A stretch of 63,497 nucleotides of DNA, counting the filler, from Reticulomyxa filosa (taxonomy: Eukaryota; Protista; Foraminifera), in the NCBI GenBank assembly GCA_000512085.1. It is 22 parts of 22 records of this genome, joined end to end, with 100 filler letters (N's around TTAATTAATTAA, not from the genome) between each part and the next. Parts side by side here need not be neighbours in the genome. Positions count along the whole stretch, not along the records: positions 10,112 to 13,858 come from ASPP01002678.1; positions 13,959 to 19,232 come from ASPP01004345.1; positions 19,333 to 20,933 come from ASPP01007562.1; positions 21,034 to 23,013 come from ASPP01028990.1; positions 23,114 to 24,283 come from ASPP01032447.1; positions 24,384 to 25,413 come from ASPP01040993.1; 16 more parts are not named here. The stretch is one strand, 5' to 3'. Under the pieces are notes generated by a model that was given only the letters and a program-made list of their open reading frames with translations, ran no database searches and was not told where the DNA came from. The translations under genes and the position numbers were made by a program. Each line of letters starts with the position of its first letter. The stretch's first letter is position 1. Below are positions 12,860 to 25,513 of this stretch, one piece after another.

Positions 12860-13003
12860 TCACAATTATCTCCAGGTGATAAATTTGTTTGTGCGTGTTC
12901 AAATAATAATATTCAAATCTGGGATATCAGGAATAGATATTTCATCTGATTGTCAAACTATTGTGTCTTGTGACAGAGATGGAAGAATTCAATTATGGGA
13001 ATA
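12860..13003 (+). pseudogene. WD40-repeat C-terminal remnant
   Basis: QLSPGDKFVCACSNNNIQIWDI, then frameshift/deletion, then GIDISSDCQTIVSCDRDGRIQLWE*. Confidence 0.65.
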
Positions 13004-14015
13004 AATTTAATATAACAGATATTATTACTTTTTTTTGAAATTTTGTATTTTTTAAGATTTTTTGTTTTATTATTTTTAAACATAATAAATAATTAATAAT
13101 AAACAATAATTTGCAAAAAAAAATTATTTATTTTACATATTCATGGGAAACGTATTAAATTGAACTCAATTGTCCGGTATTTGCATTATATAAAAAGAAT
13201 GTTACAAATGATTATTAGGTCATCAAAAACTTTGTTTTGTAATTTGCAAAATGTCCAAAGTGTGACAGTAGGGTCACTTTGCGCGAGACAACGAGTCTTC
13301 CTCTTTTTTGGCTTTGGCACCACTAAACTCCAATTCGTGCGTCGGCGGCAGTTGTTGAACCCAAGCGATCGGCTTGGCAGATTGCAAACTGTTTCTATAA
13401 TGTTATATATTTATATTTTCAATGTTGAAATTATTGAGCAGATTAACCTTTTAAAAAAGAGTAATGAGTGACCTTAAAAAAAAAGTTAGTTATTCAACAT
13501 CGAGTTTAAATATTATACATTAATTTGATTGGGCACACGATTTAAACGTTATATTTTTGTTTTTCATTTAACGTCAAATATTTGTTTTCATTATTTCTCG
13601 TCCTATTTAAAGGAATTAATAGGATTTTTTTTTAGAACCCTTATTGTTGGTGTTATTGTAAAGTTTTTTTCTCTTTTTTTTATTATTTGTGTATCGAAAC
13701 ATGATTAAATCACAAAAATAATCAATCATTATCACTTCATGTAACAGCCTCTACAATGAATTGTTTCTTGTTGATTCCTACTATATCATGATGACCTTGA
13801 ACTTGTATCACATTCATATGTAGGGCAAGGCCCTACAACTATCTGAACGTTGAAGGAANNNNNNNNNNNNNNNNNNNNNNNNNNNNNNNNNNNNNNNNNN
13901 NNTTAATTAATTAANNNNNNNNNNNNNNNNNNNNNNNNNNNNNNNNNNNNNNNNNNNNAAATAATCAATATACGTATAAAGATGTTCTGTTGATATGTAC
14001 ACAAAAAAAACTTTT

Positions 14016-17000
14016 TCAAGCAATGGACCCGAGCACAATTATTCCGTTATTTTGGACGATTGAATGGACTTGAAGGAAGTTTGTTTCATTGAAAAGCCCG
14101 TCCCCTAGATCTACCATTTGATTGGAGGCCTTGTCAATATCAGATCCTTGAACCCGAGTGATGTGGTAACCGGACAATTCGTTCGTATCACACAGAGACG
14201 ATGCCTTTGGAAAGCGAGAGTGTGTGGAGCACATCAAATCGAATTCGCTGGAATACAGCAACGGTATCCAAATATTGATTCCACAACACCAGTCCAACGT
14301 CTCGAAACAATTGGCCAATAAATAGAAGAACATGGACGCGTCGTTGTCACCATTATCATAGTCATCATTGAGCATTGTCACAACAGTCAACAGCTTCAAT
14401 TGAGGGAGTGGGCGTGATATGTGAAGTTATTATATATTTGATGATGCCCAAAGTCGCCACTCGTTGGTGTGGATAGTCATTCCATAACCGAGATAAAGTC
14501 GACAGCTGCCTTTCTTTTTTTCATCCTCCATCATCATCATCTTCTTATTCTTTGTTTTCCAATCCAGTCGCTGCTGCTGCAATAAAATCAATACGATGTC
14601 CATCAGTTCTATTCGCCCTTGTGATTATGGACGCACCTTGGTCTTGTCGAATGGACTCAAACATTTCCGAAAAAGACGATTATCCAATGTTTGAATAGGC
14701 GATACAATGAGCGATGGTACCACTCTTATTTTTTTCTTCAGTCTTGAACTTATTAGTTGTTGTTCTTCTTTTTTTGTTTGCGTTGGATTTAAATAGACGT
14801 GAATTTCGACTTTTGAATCGCGTAGGAACTATAGTATGTAAGATAGCAAGAAAGACATACCAATGTAAAAGAATTCAAATTGGCGGCTCGTGTTTCATTG
14901 TCTTCCAAATGTCGGGATAATACAACTAGTACAAATTAGTTCGCATCCAATAAATCGCCCGTTAGTCCAGAGTCGGTCCCGGGGACAGTCTAGCAAAGAT
15001 AACAGACGATTATTTGACATACTCAAGGTACGCGACTCGTGTAGCAATGGAACCAAAAAATACACTAACTCTCTATCTATATTCAACAATTATCAATACT
15101 CAATGTCACTCGCGGGCTCGTGATTCCTCCTACCGACACACACATGGCCCAAAATCCAAAGTCGCACATCTATGCGTTTCGATTGTTCTTCTGCGCCATA
15201 AACTTGGAGCCGATACCGAGCTCGAGTTGGAGATATTCCATTGTTCGTCCCACATCGGCGCTTGTTGACTGTCGATCTCAATACAATATATTTCTCCTTC
15301 GTCAATTTGTGTTATGTGTCCAGACGTCCCTGCGCAATTTCGCTTGGCCTCCATCTTGATTACGTGATTCCGCGCAAATATACCGAAGTCCAGGTCTTTT
15401 TTTAAAAAAAAAGAAAAAAAAAGCGCACAATTATTGAATTTTGTTTTATTTCAATTGCAGCTGACAAATAATAACAAACCTGCAGTTGAAGTATATAATT
15501 TGCCCACGGTATCTTTAGGTATTCTTTTCCAACGTCAATGCCGTATACGTCATCTACTTTCGCATCTTTTCCAATGTACGGTATTATCTATTTTTCCAAA
15601 TTTCAACATTGTACATCGTTTGAAAAAAAAAATATGGTCAGATTAACTTTTTTTTTTCTTCACTTTTGTCGTCGTTGTCGTCTGTTGCTATCGTTTTAGG
15701 AACCAATTGAATCTTGACAATTGACCTTCGCTTGCGAACGTACCATTCTTTTTGGACATTCGAACTAAGTTGCTATTAATTGACACATATCTTTTGGCCT
15801 CAAACAAATATCGCAAAACAAAAAACAAACCTGAAAGTAGCATTATTTGTTGATCCGTTTCTTTGTATCTGATTATCTTCTTTTTCCAGAACGAAGTTGT
15901 TGGTATTGAGTTGGATGATTGATTCGCGAACTTTCACGATGGCAGCATCAACGACTATATCATATTTCACACGTTACCTGGACCAGACATCTTTGCAAGA
16001 CAAGACGAAAGCGAAAAGTTTGACCTAGTGTATTCAATGTCACTGTCGCCACTCTATTGACAAAAACTATACTGTTATCGTGCTTGAATTGGAAGCCGTA
16101 TTTGATATTTTCGGGTCCACCACTTGAGAATTGAAGTCTTTTTGCGTGCAGTGACCACAGCATACGTTGGCTTCAAAATACTCTTTTCTCGCACTGGCCA
16201 TTGTGCCGCAAGAGCTCCATTTGCCCAAATCCAAACCAACGATCGCTCCTTTCGTGAATCAGTTTCTCCTTCAAGTCTTTCTATGTTGTGTTTGCCACTG
16301 AACGCTAACGAGCAAAGTATCCAATATTTTTCGCACACTATATTGATACACACAACTATGATAATATAAAGTAAGTAATCTTTTTTTTTTGTAGTGAACT
16401 TGGAAATATTTATCCAATCATTGATCATCGTTCCACCTATCATCGAATTCGCTTGCTGGCATTTCTTCGCAACGACAAAATCAGCTACGACTATCCATTT
16501 CAAACTTTTACGACCCCCAGCCAATTCAACATTGTCGCTAACTTTAATTTTTTCTTGCGTCAATCCAATCATCGTGGTCGTCAGCTACTCCTTGCCATTC
16601 GCACTACCTTGTTTGAAAATGGCTGCAACTTATCCAACGCAATGCTAGTGGCGATTTGATATTGGAAAATTGATTTTTCATAGAAACAAATTGTCCCAAT
16701 CGCGCAATATCTTGTTCAAGTAATACGAATGACTCAATTTCGCTTTGACAACTGCATATTATCTCCGACATTGAAATGAAACAAATCGTCTTGAGACTTG
16801 GCTTTGTCATTTGGCTAAGTCTTTCCAACTACTATCCGCACTCGATCACCAATTCTCGGCATCACTGATAAATGATATTTGATCTTTTTTCTTCGCTTTG
16901 ACGCATCACCCGTCGTGCTTGACTCGCATCTGGCAATATCGTCGATTTCGACTGAAGGATAGTTGAGTTCGAAGGCCTCTTTCAAATCTCGCAATTCGAT

Positions 17001-17230
17001 ACCGGAGCGCTTTACAAAATATTGTCGATCGTCAGCTGCGATGAAAAGGCCTTTGACATTGTGCCACTTGTATTCCATGAGTTCACTTCCACACCGATCA
17101 TTTCGTGTCGTCGACCACACCGCCAATGCTGCCTGTCCAAACAATCCGTTCTTTGCTCGAACGTAGCAAACTTGATCTCTTTCTTGGGCGTTCTTCACAT
17201 TCTTCCGCCCTTCCTATTCTTCTTTGAACC
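14016..17230 (-). pseudogene. Degraded multi-CAP-Gly domain protein gene
   Basis: EMIGVEVNSWNTSG/HNVKGLFIAADDRQYFVKRSGI (frameshifted), PRIGDRVRIVVGKT, KVSDNVELAGGRK; coding-like composition but many stops and frameshifts. The 3' extent is uncertain. Confidence 0.5.
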
Positions 17231-17264
17231 ATGCGCTAATGCGCATTCCTTCCATGATTTTTGG

Positions 17265-17590
17265 GATAATATCCCTTTTTTCTTTTCAATTCCCTACCCT
17301 TTTCAATTTTCTTTCCTTTTTTTATCTTTTCATCTTTTTTTCTTTTAATCTTTTTTTTCTTTTTTCCAATTGTCACTTTTTTTAATTTTTTTTTCTTTTA
17401 ATCTTTTTCTTTTTTTTCATTGTCTTTTTTTAATTTTTTTTTTTTCATTTTTATTTCAAACTTTTTTTTTTCTTTCTTTTCTATTTATCATTCTTTATTT
17501 TTTTTTTCATTTTTCCAAACCCCCTTTTTTTCAATTTATTTTTCCCCTTTTTTTTTCCAACAAATTTTCCCTTATATTTTCTCCCAAATT
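17265..17590. repeat. T/C-rich low-complexity tract
   Basis: About 330 bp almost without G on the + strand. Confidence 0.8.
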
Positions 17591-19360
17591 TTACATACCC
17601 TCTCAAATAGAAATAAAAATATAAAAAAATAAAAAACCTTACAATCTTTTTTCTTGACTATTAAACCCTAAACACAATCACAAATAAAAATAATTTTTTA
17701 TTTTAAAAAACAAACAAAACATACATTTGTTGATGAGCTAAAAGCTCTAATTTCAATTATCTATTTTTTTTTCTTTTGTAACGGTGAGGGGGGGAGGCAA
17801 ATAAATTTTTTATTGATGGGGGCATGCCTATTGAAAATCACAATCATTTGTATCTTTGATAAAAAAATAAAATAAAAAAAATTAAACTCTTTTATTTTAT
17901 ATTGGATGCGGGATGGCTTCAACCCCAAAATTTTTCTTTGTAGTGAGTGGGATGGGGACGTATACAATTTTTTTTGGACGGGCTGAGGCTATAATTACAA
18001 AAACAAACAAAATTAATTATGTTAAAAAAATAAATAAATAAATAACAAACCTTTGTGACTCCTTGCGGAGACGGGGGGCCTTACCCCATATTCAACAATT
18101 TTTTTTATTTTGCAGAAGGATGGAATACATCCAAATAAAAAAAGCGTCTTTTTTTTTTTTTAAAGTGCGAAGTCTGTGCCAAAAAAAAAACTAACAACAC
18201 TTTTTTAAGTTGTAAAAGTATTTTAAAAAAAAGAAAAGACATACCAGTGCTTTGAGAGAGGGCGATGTCACCCTAATTACGAATTGTTACGAAGGGACAA
18301 CCAAAGCAAAAAAAAACCTTTTTTCTTAAGTAAGATGTAAATACACAATTCGTAAATGTTTATTGAAAAGATGTAAATTTACAATTTTTTGGAATATTTT
18401 TACAAAACAGCTTGGAAAAAAGATTTGTTAAAAATTTTTGTTGATTATTTTATTTGTGATCCCAAAAATAGATAATTGAAAATCTAAAAAATATTTTTTT
18501 TGAATAAATAATTACTTTTTCTTGAGAAATGATTTTTCTCTGGAAGAGAAAATGTTTTCCCTTTTTAGAAAAAGTTCTCTTGAACATTACAAATGTGGTT
18601 TTTTGGCTCTTCTCTTTTCAAACAACCTGACAGCCAAACGTATACAACATGGAGTTCGCTCTGAGGGTTCCTTCTCCAATTCACTACTCTGCAAAATTGC
18701 AACAGCTGCCGAAAAAGAAAGAAGTTCCTCTTTTTCGGAATTATCATCAATGGAAGAAATGTCTAAGAAAATAGATGAAAAAACATGTGGATGTACAACA
18801 CAATCAAATCGATGATATATTATCAAGACATGTAAATCTTCAACTTACTACTATTGAAACAAAAATCATAATTTGCAAACATTGCATGAGCAGGGGATCG
18901 GATTAGCAAATATAATTTATTTCTCAAAAAATAAAAAATAAAAGAGGACTCTCCCATAGAATCCCTAGCAATGGAGAGAAATCAATTTAATAAATTGCGA
19001 CAAAGTTTGCAATTGTTTTTGAAATCAAGACCCGGTAATCGAATCGAATTGATTAACCATAGAAAAGGTGCTTGTTTTTTTTTTTAAACATGTGTACATA
19101 TTATGTATACATAAGTAAAAATAGTGTACACATAATGTACATATATACATGCACATGTTATGTTGTAATCCCTTTTGTTCCAGTTTTCATTTATTGAATC
19201 GCATGTCGATTTTTGACAGATTAAAAAAAAAANNNNNNNNNNNNNNNNNNNNNNNNNNNNNNNNNNNNNNNNNNNNTTAATTAATTAANNNNNNNNNNNN
19301 NNNNNNNNNNNNNNNNNNNNNNNNNNNNNNNNAAAAAAAAAAAAAAAAACAAAAAAAAAA

Positions 19361-19739
19361 ATGACAAGTCGCGATGAGGCCGTTGGTATCAATAATGTAA
19401 ACAAGGAGACATTGGCCTCGATAATCAGGCCTTTGAGACCGAGTGGGATGGATCCTCAAAAATTGGTGGCTGTATCTAGTTGCCCCAATATTTATCCGCG
19501 CGCAAACACCAGCGGTCAAATGAGCAGTTATGGTGCAGTGCATCTTCGAAGAGCGATATCGAGTTGGTCGCAAAGGGAAGCCACCCCTCCACCGATGAAG
19601 CGAAGGAAATTGAATTCAAATGAAGAGGGGAGAGAAGGGAATGAGTATGGCGACTTGAGAGCCTCCACAGTTACAGCCAATGTAAACACATTAGCACCAA
19701 TGTCGAGAAATTATTTGGGATATTTTGAGACAATGCAAG

Positions 19740-19780
<41 letters not shown>

Positions 19781-20725
19781 GAACGAGAGCAAGAGCAAAA
19801 ACAAGGGAAGCAACAACAGCAGCAACAGCAACAACAGCAACAACAGCAACAACAAGCGACAAGCTATAATGAAATCTTCCAAAAAAATGAAGGAAGAGAG
19901 AAAAACGACCGTTGTGATAAATGTGGCAAATTATGGGCAGAATTTCGGGATGAACACGCAATGATGATGCATTCGAAAGCGAAGCATACGTATGCCTGTA
20001 ATTTCAACCAATGTCCTCGTCGATACACCAGATTTCCATTGTTGCTGGAGCACCGAAGGGTGACTGGCCACAACAGTCGCAGATGCAAAGGTCTGATGAC
20101 CACTCCTTTGCAGACGTCCAATACCACGTTGCACTGTGGACAAGTGCTTTGTCCGGTTTGTCACAAAAAGTTGGCTTTGAATGATGCCGAGCTACGAGAA
20201 CAGTATAAACAGTTTTTGCAAGCCAAGCAACAGGCAAATGACGAACACTGCAGAGAATGGACAAATTACCACTTTAATGATGAACTTATTTTGTGTAAGA
20301 TCAAAGAATCGGTTTTGCAATTACATTTGAAAGCCTATCATTCTGAGTTGCTCCCACAAAAACAAAATGTGGGACATTACATCTGCCCCGAGATTGAGAC
20401 CATTCCTTCTCACCCCCTTCCTCCTCTTCCTCTTCCTCTTCCTCTTCCAGTTCAAACAAAATATCACTTTTCTACGGACTCTCTCTCTTCAACTGCACAT
20501 TCAAACTTTCAACTGCTCACTCACAATAACGACACTGCAACGAAATCTTCTCATCGTCAAGACGTTCCCATCTGCGATCAACCGCAACGACAGAAGTCAC
20601 ACATTACTGGCGTCCCGGTCCATTTGTCTGTTTCACCTTCCTTTCGTGAACATACGTCCAATACTTGCTCTGTCTCTCCCAAGTTCAAGGAAGATGTATT
20701 CTCAGTAATTTGCTTTGCTTCTTAA
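19361..20725 (+). CDS. PolyQ C2H2 zinc-finger protein (probable transcription factor; may be 5'-incomplete)
   Basis: 454-aa ORF; CDKC..HSKAKH, CNFNQC..HRRVTGH, and CPVC..HLKAYH with a long insert; NLS-like PPMKRRKL; CAA/CAG tracts at 19735-19855. Confidence 0.8.
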
Positions 20726-21033
20726 ACTTGGTTTTTTTTTTTTTTCCATGGACATCATGTATACGTGCTTTTTTTTTTTTTTTTGTTAAAAAAAAAAAAA
20801 AAAATAAAAAACAACAAAAAAGTTTGAATGTATGCCACAACGACAGCAACGAGTTTTTTTACACTCAATCCGATCGCTCCAACTTGGCGAGTTTCGTGCG
20901 AAAAACGATGGAGGATCTTGATCAAAATCGCGTNNNNNNNNNNNNNNNNNNNNNNNNNNNNNNNNNNNNNNNNNNNNTTAATTAATTAANNNNNNNNNNN
21001 NNNNNNNNNNNNNNNNNNNNNNNNNNNNNNNNN

Positions 21034-22180
21034 TCCTGCTCTTCCTTACTGTTCTTGATTCTTTGCACAAAACCAACAAATTATCATACAAAAAAAGACC
21101 AGTGTACAAAAGACTACGCTGGTGGCGTGGATTGCTGCTCTATGTGGGTAACGCCCTGTTGAACTCAATGTCCTATGTCTTTGCAAGTTTAACCGTATTA
21201 GCACCTACCACATCATTGTTTATTCTAACCAATGCTGTGTTGGCATTGATGTTAAGTTCTATCTTGTGTTACACATGTGTATATACGTATACACATATTT
21301 ATAAATATAAATGAGTAGCAAGTAATTAATTGCATATTATATATAGCACGTATATAACATACCTTTCTGAAAATCCTTTCAAAAAAAAAAAATAAAAGAT
21401 TGTCTGTCTTATATACACCTACGCATGCTATACAAACTTGATGATACACATATGTATACATAAAGATATTGTAAGGAATGTTTGATTCGCTTGTGATGGC
21501 TGGGCTCGGTTTCGATAATAGCAGGATCGTTGTCATTTATTTTTGTTGAGTCTTTCAATATCTTTTTTATCCTGCTGTATCTGAACATTGGAAAAACATT
21601 GAAGCAGTGATCGGACATGGCCAATCCCTCGTCGCTCGCAAATGCCGATGATAATGATGGGGACGTTGATGTCGATGTCAATACTGATGCTGACGTGGAT
21701 CACATTACCATTCAAAAGGAGCAATGGAAATTGCTATCATGAGCAGCAATGATAACAACACGGGTCGACAAGACAAAGACGAACAACATTGGCAAGTTTA
21801 ATGATAATTATTACAATATCAAAGATTTAGAATCACATCGTTCTCATTGTGCCGACGTAGGCCGTGGTAATTGGAGCATCGTTACCAGAAAGAAGAAGTC
21901 GGGTACTTTCCCCATCGTTAATGGGTATAACAAGACTGGTCGTGTTGGCAAGTGCAACAACAAGAGGACTAAGGCCAAAGCCAAGGCCAAACATATTTTG
22001 AACATTCGTAGCAATGCAGAGCAAAAACCTTCACAATCCTTTACAAATATCCGGTACGATTCAAACGAAAGAACGATGGAAGCATGGTATTTGATGTGTC
22101 GCTTTTGTGTTTTGTCGTTCCTTGAGTGCAAATCTTGCAAAGTGCTTATTGAACTTTTGGCTGCTTGTTACTCTTTTTAA
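21034..22180 (+). pseudogene. NIPA-like (DMT superfamily) Mg2+ transporter fragment, disrupted downstream
   Basis: RPVYKRLRWWRGLLLYVGNALLNSMSYVFASLTVLAPTTSLFILTNAVLA resembles the NIPA W-W-x-G...A-P-x-x-L-x-x-P region; downstream exons carry stops and frameshifts. Confidence 0.5.
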
Positions 22181-23113
22181 TAACGCTATCGTTGTTTGTT
22201 TAATTGATTATATAATTTATTATTTACAATTTTTAATTCTAATTGTTTTTTGTTATTTCTGCTAATTTTGATCGAACAAAATGACAATTTCAACTATTTT
22301 AAAAAGTAAACATCAAATCAAAAAAAATTTAAAAAATAAATCACAAAATAATATTTTCAACAAAAAAGTAAAAAATTAAATTATTTTCTAAACAAACTTT
22401 CAACAAATTAACGTTGGACATTTAAAAATAAAGAAAATTATTATTTTAACTTAATGAAAATCATGTTACGTTTATGTAACTATATCCATTATAACGGAAT
22501 AATATAATATTAAAAAATAAGCTAGTTTTGAGACTATATACATGTTTAACTAGAAATTATATTGAGCTCTAAAATATAATTATCACATAATAATGTATAT
22601 AGATGCTCCTGCCGTAGGTTCGACCCTACAACCTAGAATAAATCATTTTTTTCATTTTTTCATCAAAAATACATATTTTTTTTTATGCTGAATGATTTTA
22701 TATGCGGAATAATATGTAGAATATATATATTTCAATTTGCATAACGAATAAATTTGAAATTTAAATATTTTGTAACATTACAAAAATAATTGCAAGAAAT
22801 AGTATATTTAAATTTATTTCAACAAAATTAACATTGACAATATTGAAATAACATCATATATTACAAAGTAAAACAATATTATAAATATCAAAATTAAAAT
22901 TTAATTATATTAGATAATAAATATCATTAATATTAACTTATTTGCTTCAAAACTAATACAACATCTGACTTGTACTTATTACATATACACTTTATTGTAG
23001 TTTTGTGCTTTGCNNNNNNNNNNNNNNNNNNNNNNNNNNNNNNNNNNNNNNNNNNNNTTAATTAATTAANNNNNNNNNNNNNNNNNNNNNNNNNNNNNNN
23101 NNNNNNNNNNNNN

Positions 23114-23920
23114 CTGGTCGTAGACCTCGAGCTGGCCGGCATTGACGATGCCCATGTCCATGCCTGCCTGGATGGCGTGGTACAGGAACACCGAATGCAT
23201 CGCCTTGCGCACCGGCTCGTTGCCGCGGAAGGCGAAGGAGAGGTTGGAAACGCCGCCGGAGATCTTGGCGCCGGGGCAGCGCTTCTTGATCTCGCGCGTC
23301 GCCTCGATGAAGTCGACGCCGTAATTGTTGTGCTCCTCGATGCCGGTCGCCACCGCGAAGACGTTGGGGTCGAAGATGATGTCCTCGGCCGGGAAGCCGA
23401 CCTGATTCACCAGGATGTCGTAGGCGCGGGCGCAGATCTCGACCTTGCGCTCCTTGGTATCGGCCTGGCCCTTCTCGTCGAAGGCCATGACCACCACGGC
23501 GGCGCCGTAGCGGCGGACCTTGCGGGCGTGCGCGACGAAGGGCTCGATGCCTTCCTTCATGGAGATCGAGTTCACGATCGGCTTGCCGGCGACGCATTTC
23601 AGGCCGGCCTCGATCACGCTCCACTTGGAGCTGTCGATCATGATCGGCACGCGGGCGATGTCGGGCTCGGCGGCGATCAGCTTGAGATACGTGTCCATCG
23701 CCAGCTCGGCGTCGAGCAGGCCCTCGTCCATGTTGACGTCGATGATCTGCGCGCCGCTCTCGACCTGCTGGCGCGCGACCTCGACGGCGGCGGTGTAGTC
23801 GCCTTCGAGGACCAGCTTCTTGAAGCGGGCCGAGCCGGTGACGTTGGTGCGCTCGCCGATGTTGATGAAGGTGGCGCGTGTCTCGCGCTTGTTCTCACCC
23901 GTGTTCAATTCAGTGCTCAT
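23114..23920 (-). CDS. metH: Bacterial methionine synthase, pterin-binding half (split MetH), 3'-truncated
   Basis: [61 protein letters not shown]; GC-rich with no introns. Confidence 0.95.
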
Positions 23921-24283
23921 CAGAAGAAACTCGCTGCTTCCATGCCGCTGAGACGCAACGCCGGCGGCAGGACGTGCCAGGTGCGCGGCTTGATGCCCTT
24001 GACCGCCTCGGCGATCGCCTTGATGTGGGCGGGCGTCGTGCCGCAGCAGCCGCCGACCACGTTGATCCAGCCGTTCTCGGCCCAGCCCTTGACCAGCTTG
24101 CCGGTCATTTCCGGCGGCTCGTCATAGGCGCCGAGCTCGTTCGGAAGCCCGGCATTGGGATAGATGCACAGCATGCTGTCGACCTGCGGGTTCAGCGCCT
24201 GCACGTAGGGATGAAGCTCGGTGGCGCCGAAGCTGCAGTTCAGGCCCATGGTGATCGGCTTGGCATGCCGCACGGAGTGCCAG
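23920..24283 (-). CDS. metH: Bacterial methionine synthase, homocysteine-binding half (split MetH), 5'-truncated
   Basis: [27 protein letters not shown]; its TGA overlaps the next ATG by 1 nt (TGATG). Confidence 0.93.
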
Positions 24284-24666
24284 NNNNNNNNNNNNNNNNN
24301 NNNNNNNNNNNNNNNNNNNNNNNNNNNTTAATTAATTAANNNNNNNNNNNNNNNNNNNNNNNNNNNNNNNNNNNNNNNNNNNNTCAAATTAATCTTTTGA
24401 TTAAGTCTATCATATGACAAACAAAAAGGATAGTCGATATTATATTTATAATTTTTCTTATTTGAAAAAAAAAATGTAAATAATGAATAATCACAATGAA
24501 TGTAGATGATATAAATCAGTAAAGTAAATGTTACAATAAAACAGATAGGATGTCAAAGTATGAAGTTTTAGGAACCTTTTTTTTTTTTTTTTTTTTTAAA
24601 GCTTGCTTGTTGTTTCATCGTTAATTTGTAAAAAGAAAAAACGATGTTTAATCTAAAAGGAAAAAA

Positions 24667-25413
24667 ATGTTTGAAAGTAATGAGAGCCCACACGCGCCCA
24701 CACTAGAAAAAGTAAATGATGAAAAACATCATGAAGAAGCGGCATTAGAACTAGCAAAAAACCAAGATTTCCAGAAGTCCAACTTTAAATTGATTAGGTA
24801 TTTTTTTTTAAAAAAGAAATTTCTTTACGCTACGAGTTCGCAAAAAAAAAAAACGTATGTATAACAAAAAAAAACATAACGTATATACGTATAACAAAAA
24901 AACTTGATGTATGATAAAAAAAATAGTTTAATAATTAATGCCGTTTACTCGAATGAAATTTTTGATAGAGAATTAAAACCAAATAAGATTAATGCGCTTA
25001 GCAAAGTAAGACAAGTATCGCCAAAGAACACTGACGTGTTAAATAAAGAGAAATGTAAAATTGAAATAATGCCTGATCCCGATGAAAAAATAAATTCTGG
25101 GATTCGGATGACGAAAGAAAATGTAATAATTTATAGTAGAAGTGGCAAAAAAAAATTAAGTGAGCGCGTGGTGATGAAGAGTAATGTGTACGATAAACAA
25201 CATTTGTGTGAAAATATTAATGCAAGCGGCACTGTCAGGGTTCGTAATGATTGTGCTGGAGATAACTCGTATAATAAAAAACGGTCAAATGGTAATGATA
25301 ATTGCGCAAATTGTAAGAAAAAAACTAAACTTTCGCAATTCACAGTTGACTTGTTGTCAACAATGAAAAAGGTTTTATGTTTTTATCTACGTATATACGA
25401 TTGGGGGGGGGGG
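24667..25413 (+). CDS. Hypothetical hydrophilic protein, spliced fragment
   Basis: Two coding-like ORFs (24667-24800 and about 24925-25370) separated by intron-like sequence; no recognisable motif. Confidence 0.4.
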
Positions 25414-25513
25414 NNNNNNNNNNNNNNNNNNNNNNNNNNNNNNNNNNNNNNNNNNNNTTAATTAATTAANNNNNNNNNNNNNNNNNNNNNNNNNNNNNNN
25501 NNNNNNNNNNNNN

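Noticed and set aside
17370-17632. Phe-rich 'membrane protein' ORFs
   Set aside because: Products of a poly-T low-complexity tract.
19671-19964. PolyL, polyAV and polySN ORFs
   Set aside because: Alternative frames of the polyQ tract.
23177-24127. 316-aa plus-strand ORF and other overlapping ORFs on the GC-rich contig
   Set aside because: Antisense or shadow frames of metH caused by high GC codon bias.
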